A stretch of 55,811 nt of DNA, the filler included, from Jimgerdemannia flammicorona (taxonomy: Eukaryota), in the NCBI GenBank assembly GCA_003990765.1. It is 3 parts of 3 records of this genome, joined end to end, with 100 filler letters (N's around TTAATTAATTAA, not from the genome) between each part and the next. Parts side by side here need not be neighbours in the genome. Positions count along the whole stretch, not along the records: positions 37,277 to 55,811 come from RBNJ01002187.1; 2 more parts are not named here. One strand, 5' to 3'. A model generated the notes under the pieces. It worked only from the letters and a program-made list of their open reading frames with translations, made no database searches and was not told the DNA's origin. This document shows positions 51,640 to 55,811 of the stretch, one piece after another. Each line of letters begins with the position of its first letter. The stretch's first letter is position 1. A program made the translations under genes and the position numbers.

Positions 51640-52295
51640 ACTCAGTATCAGAAAGATCTCAACCAGAAACCAGTATAGTATAGATACTGCTGCCTTATAC
51701 TCTTTGTCTGAAAAAGTCTAGTCAGATACTTAGTAGGCCTCTCACTCTCCTTAAGCCTCTGCTCTTGCAGCTGAGTTGTTATATTCTATATCTGAGTCTC
51801 CTCTCTCTCTTTCAATACTCTTGACAATACTTCTACCTCTATCTGGACTCATTTTAATTGTCAGTTATCTACAGCTACCTGGCCCAACATATCTACCAAC
51901 TCTAACTATAATCTCTCTAATCTATTGGAAGCCTACCTCTCTCTCTCACTACTGTATCTATTAGAATCTACCAGCCTCACCTCAATATACTCTTATAGCT
52001 ATCTTTAAATTTATCTAGTAGACTCTCACAGGAGATCTCTTGCAGTTCCAGTAGATAATCTTTGATCTTATATCCTCTACCCAAGCCTCCCACAACTTCT
52101 TCCCTACTAAAAAGAAAGAATTGAGGTATCAATATCCAGTTTTATCTCCACTCTCTCCAAACTGACTATATCTTAATAATCTCCAATAATCTGATTATAG
52201 ACACTACTCAATCTTTAAATCCATCCAAATATCTATTCCCAGACAGTCAGTAGTCAGTATTCAGTCAATTTTCATCCTAAGTCCATTCACTCATT
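51640..52295 (-). mobile_element. LINE ORF2 fragment (end of APE and linker), inverted relative to copy 3
   Basis: Resembles 21150-21790, including the degenerate RIDWILT, SDHW and WRLNSS regions. Confidence 0.55.
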
Positions 52296-52304
52296 AGGTG
52301 TAAA

Positions 52305-55300
52305 TTCTAGAAGCATTAGAGAACTTGTGTAGGGCAGTAGAATGTCAAGCTATGATATGAAGAGAGTGTATTGCTTTTACTCACTTAGAGATAATAGATG
52401 AGAAGTATATTTGAAAAGACAAAGTACTGTAGAAAAAGGTATAAGAGAGAAAGAAACAAGAGACTTACTGATAAAGATGAAGATAGTACTAGCTGAAGAA
52501 TTAAAGGAGAGCTCTAAGAGAGCTATAGTGAGCAACTGGGCTGCTAGTAGAGTGGAGAGACTATTGAAGGAGGGGGAAGTAATTAGAGAAATAAGAGATT
52601 GATAGCTCTATGATAATGGTATATTGTAAGTATGGGAGGAGGAAAAGGTAGAAGACAGAAGAGCTACTACTCCAAGGCTGAGAGCTGGTGAAGATGTTAA
52701 GATAAAGAGTATCTGTAGAGTTTGATTTGGAGTGCCAGATATTATAAAAGGAGGACAGATAGTTAGTATCAAAGTAGATACATAAGTTAGTAGATATCCT
52801 GAAGGAGTAGTGGGATAAGTTAGCTAGTACTGGGGTTAATATCAGATATTAGATAGAGGGATATTAAATATACCTAGAGAAAAAAATATTAGTGACTTCT
52901 GATAGATAGGTATGATGATACATAACTTGATAGCAGAAGAGTTGAGAGAGATAGACTAAAGAGTGGTCAGTGGAGAGAGTCTTGAGAGGGGATGATATAG
53001 TTGAGGTCCTGAAATCTGAAATATTAGCAGTTTATCTAGAAGAGAAGAGTTATAAAATAGATGCTACAAGAGAGACTGAGCTGACAGTAGCTACTGGAGA
53101 TAGTAAGATGGGAAAATGCTATAGAGAGATATATATCTGATATATAGAGAAGAAATAGAGGAGAAGAATGATGAGACAATTGCTGAGATCTTAGCTAGAA
53201 TAGTGATGAGAGAGGCTGAAGAGGCAGAGATGGAGGCAGAGTATGGCAGAGATGTAGATCATGGAGTAATGAATATAGAGCTGTAAAGAGTTGGGTCTAC
53301 TCAATAATATAAAGAGTATACTTACATCTTCTCACTGAATGTAATAGTTTGAGAGGTTCTGAGAGATATCAAAACATTTTCTCTTAGCTAAAGAGATTGA
53401 AAGCTAATCACTTTCTTTTATAGAATATGTATTGAGAGGAAAACGTAAATGACAGGACTAGACTAAGAAATAGAGAGTACTGCAATTTGGAGAAATAAGA
53501 TTAGAATACTAGTGAGGAGTGACAATGGTGAACTATATAAAATTAATAGCTAGAGTGGCTATTTGGTATTGAGGTGAGGGTATAGGCCAGAGTGAGTATC
53601 TATTATTATTAGCTCTTATTATTATTCAGCAGTTTGAAGAGAACAGATTAATGGTTAGAGAGACTTCTAGATTGTAGAGTATTGGTAGAAATAAGAGTGA
53701 ATGTTCTTAAAAGTGACTTCAATATAATCAGAGATATGGTGATAGATAGGACTGATAGGGAGAGAAGTGCTGGTAGTTATAATGATAGTCTGAAGATACA
53801 TATGAGAGAAGGTTGAGAGACTGAGATCTTTGGTAGATATAAGATGAATATTATATGGAGACTGATGGATATATATCTAATAAGTGAATGATCTTAGAAT
53901 AAGGATTAACTAGATGTTGACAGATGATTGATGGAGAATAGATATTTAGAGAAAATTAAAAGAGTGGTACTTATGGTCTGATTATTAGGATTGTTAGAGA
54001 ATGGTCAGTTTGGAGGGAGTGGAGATAGACCTAGATATTGGTATCTCAATTTCTCCTTACTAGCTGAGCAAGAGCTATAGAATATATAGGTGAGGAACAT
54101 TAGTCAGAAAATCATTTATTAGATTAGAGAGGGGTACTCAATTAAGATTTACTAAGTAAAGTTGAAAGAGGCTACCAGGGTGTACTGAGGGGAGGCTGGT
54201 AGACTGGCTGGTAAGTAGCATCATAAGAGAGTAAGGTAGACTTTTATAAGATTGACCAGACTCTAGAGAGCTTGGGCTAATTTGCTGGAACTAGTGACAG
54301 GGGCGGATTAGAGGCTAGAATAAGTCGGAATAGAGGTGAAAGAGTCACAAAGAGTGTGGAGAGAGGAAAAGGTGACTTATGTGAAGGGAATATCTACTAG
54401 GTTGAGATAGCAGAGGCTTATGGATAGTAAGAGGCTCTCTAAATATTTATCTTGGCTTCTTTAAGCTCAGAGGATAAGGCAGAGATGGGATAATATTCTT
54501 GATAAAGAGAGCTTGATAGTTAATAGAACTCAACATATCTTAGGATCTCTGAAGGAGTAGTAAGGGGGCTTATAGAGTGAGAAATAGAAGGATACTAATG
54601 TAAAAGCTATTGAGCAGATACTGAAGGATTAGTAACCTCCTCTAGAAGATAGTCTGAGTGATCTGACTCTATCAGTCCAGATGAAGAAAGTCCAGCTAAT
54701 TGTTATGGCTATATTATCAGATACTGCACCAAATGAGAACAGTCTGCCCTGAGATTTTGGAAAAAGATAGTAGAGGTTCCAGAGGTGTTAGAAGAGATAG
54801 CAGTACTGTGTGACTTTGAATTCTTTTCTGAGAGGTGGGTTGAAAAGCAGATGATACTACTGTTTAAGAATAAGAGCAGATGAGAAGATTGAAAGAACTA
54901 GTAACCAATCATATCTTCAAATATAAACAGGAAGTTAATTACTAAAGTAATGGTTGCTAGGCTATAAAGAGTAGTCTGATAGGTACTAGCAAAGAGGTTT
55001 TATTGAAGGTCATCTTATAAGAGATAAACAGTATGAGTGCATGGTGTCTTTGAAAGAGTAAGAGCTAATAGACTAAATGAAAGGTTAGTTTTTCTGAACT
55101 AGGAAAAAGCCTATGACTGAGTGAGATAAGTTTGGCTAGAGAAGGTATTAGATAGAATTGGTCTTCCTCAGTATTTCTGAGTTTCAATAATATGTCTATT
55201 AAAGAGTAATAAGATAGTACTTATATATAATAGATACTTTGATATAGCTTTTTTTCTAAAGAGAGAGATGTCTCAGAGAGATCTATTGTCTTCAATCTTT

Positions 55301-55607
55301 TATACTCTATCATTAGAGCCATTGATGGACTAAATTTAATATATAGTAAATTGGCTCTCTATCTATAAGATAGTTTAGAAGGTAGAAGTATTTAATAATA
55401 ATATAGTAGTTGGTCTTAGTACTATCTCAGATATTAGAGCATTGTGATAGACTGTGGAATGATATAAGAGACTCTCTAGAGTAAAGCTCAACTAGTATAA
55501 GTATGAGATAATAGTATTAGAAAATAGCTTAGTAGGAGGGAATGTCATTGAAACAATTATCTCTATAAAAGAGACTATATAGTATTTGGATATTTTCCTT
55601 TCAGTAT
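52305..55607 (+). mobile_element. L1/Tx1-like LINE copy 3 (ORF1 3' half to mid-RT), most degenerate
   Basis: For example GAAAAAGCCTATGACTGAGTGAG (EKAYDRV), CAGAGAGATCTATTGTCT (QGDPLS) and GACTTCAATAT (DFN). Trp codons are converted to TAG, TGA and TAA. Confidence 0.85.
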
Positions 55608-55811
55608 TGTAACGGACCAGAACATACTACCCGAATTATAACTTAGCCAGATGACGCGAACAATTAGCATACTTACTCAGCATGATGTGACTTCCAGTGT
55701 ATCATAGTTACTCATGCCCGCCACACTTATAATTAGCCAAGACACCAGATCAGGATTGTTTACCTGTGTCCTGAGGACACACTCATGTCCGGCGGACACA
55801 CTCATGTCCTG
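55608..55811. mobile_element. Start of a young LTR inserted into LINE copy 3, running off the window
   Basis: Abrupt TGTAACGG start interrupting the LINE RT, return of CpG dinucleotides, and tandem GGACACACTCATGTCC units. Confidence 0.6.

Overview
This is eukaryotic, most likely fungal, genomic DNA; the intron-rich Ubp15-like and Brr2-like sequences resemble Mucoromycota, but that is an inference. It contains two scaffold gaps. CpG-containing host islands (~500-7640 and ~43040-48330) alternate with nested transposon blocks that have almost no CpG and are heavily C>T mutated. The one intact gene I can reconstruct (15 exons, 1041 aa, minus strand, 1040-5551) fuses a BTB-BACK module to a USP7/Ubp15 paralog (MATH-USP-UBL1/2). 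Its catalytic Cys and His are replaced (C>S, H>K) and its C-terminal UBL/activation region is missing, so it is a candidate Cul3 adaptor built on a dead deubiquitinase. The transposon blocks hold two families of Ty3/Gypsy elements, each with a dUTPase between protease and RT. One is full length, with a 4-bp TSD, a B-box-like motif in Pol, and a ~274-aa ORF inside each 1.5-kb LTR. There are also three copies of an L1/Tx1-like LINE at successive stages of decay, a hAT transposase relic, poly(A) retroinsertions and a young LTR at the right edge. A frameshifted Brr2 pseudogene and an F-box/LRR-like relic sit in the second host island. LTR-pair differences show a RIP-like CpA plus CpG transition bias.
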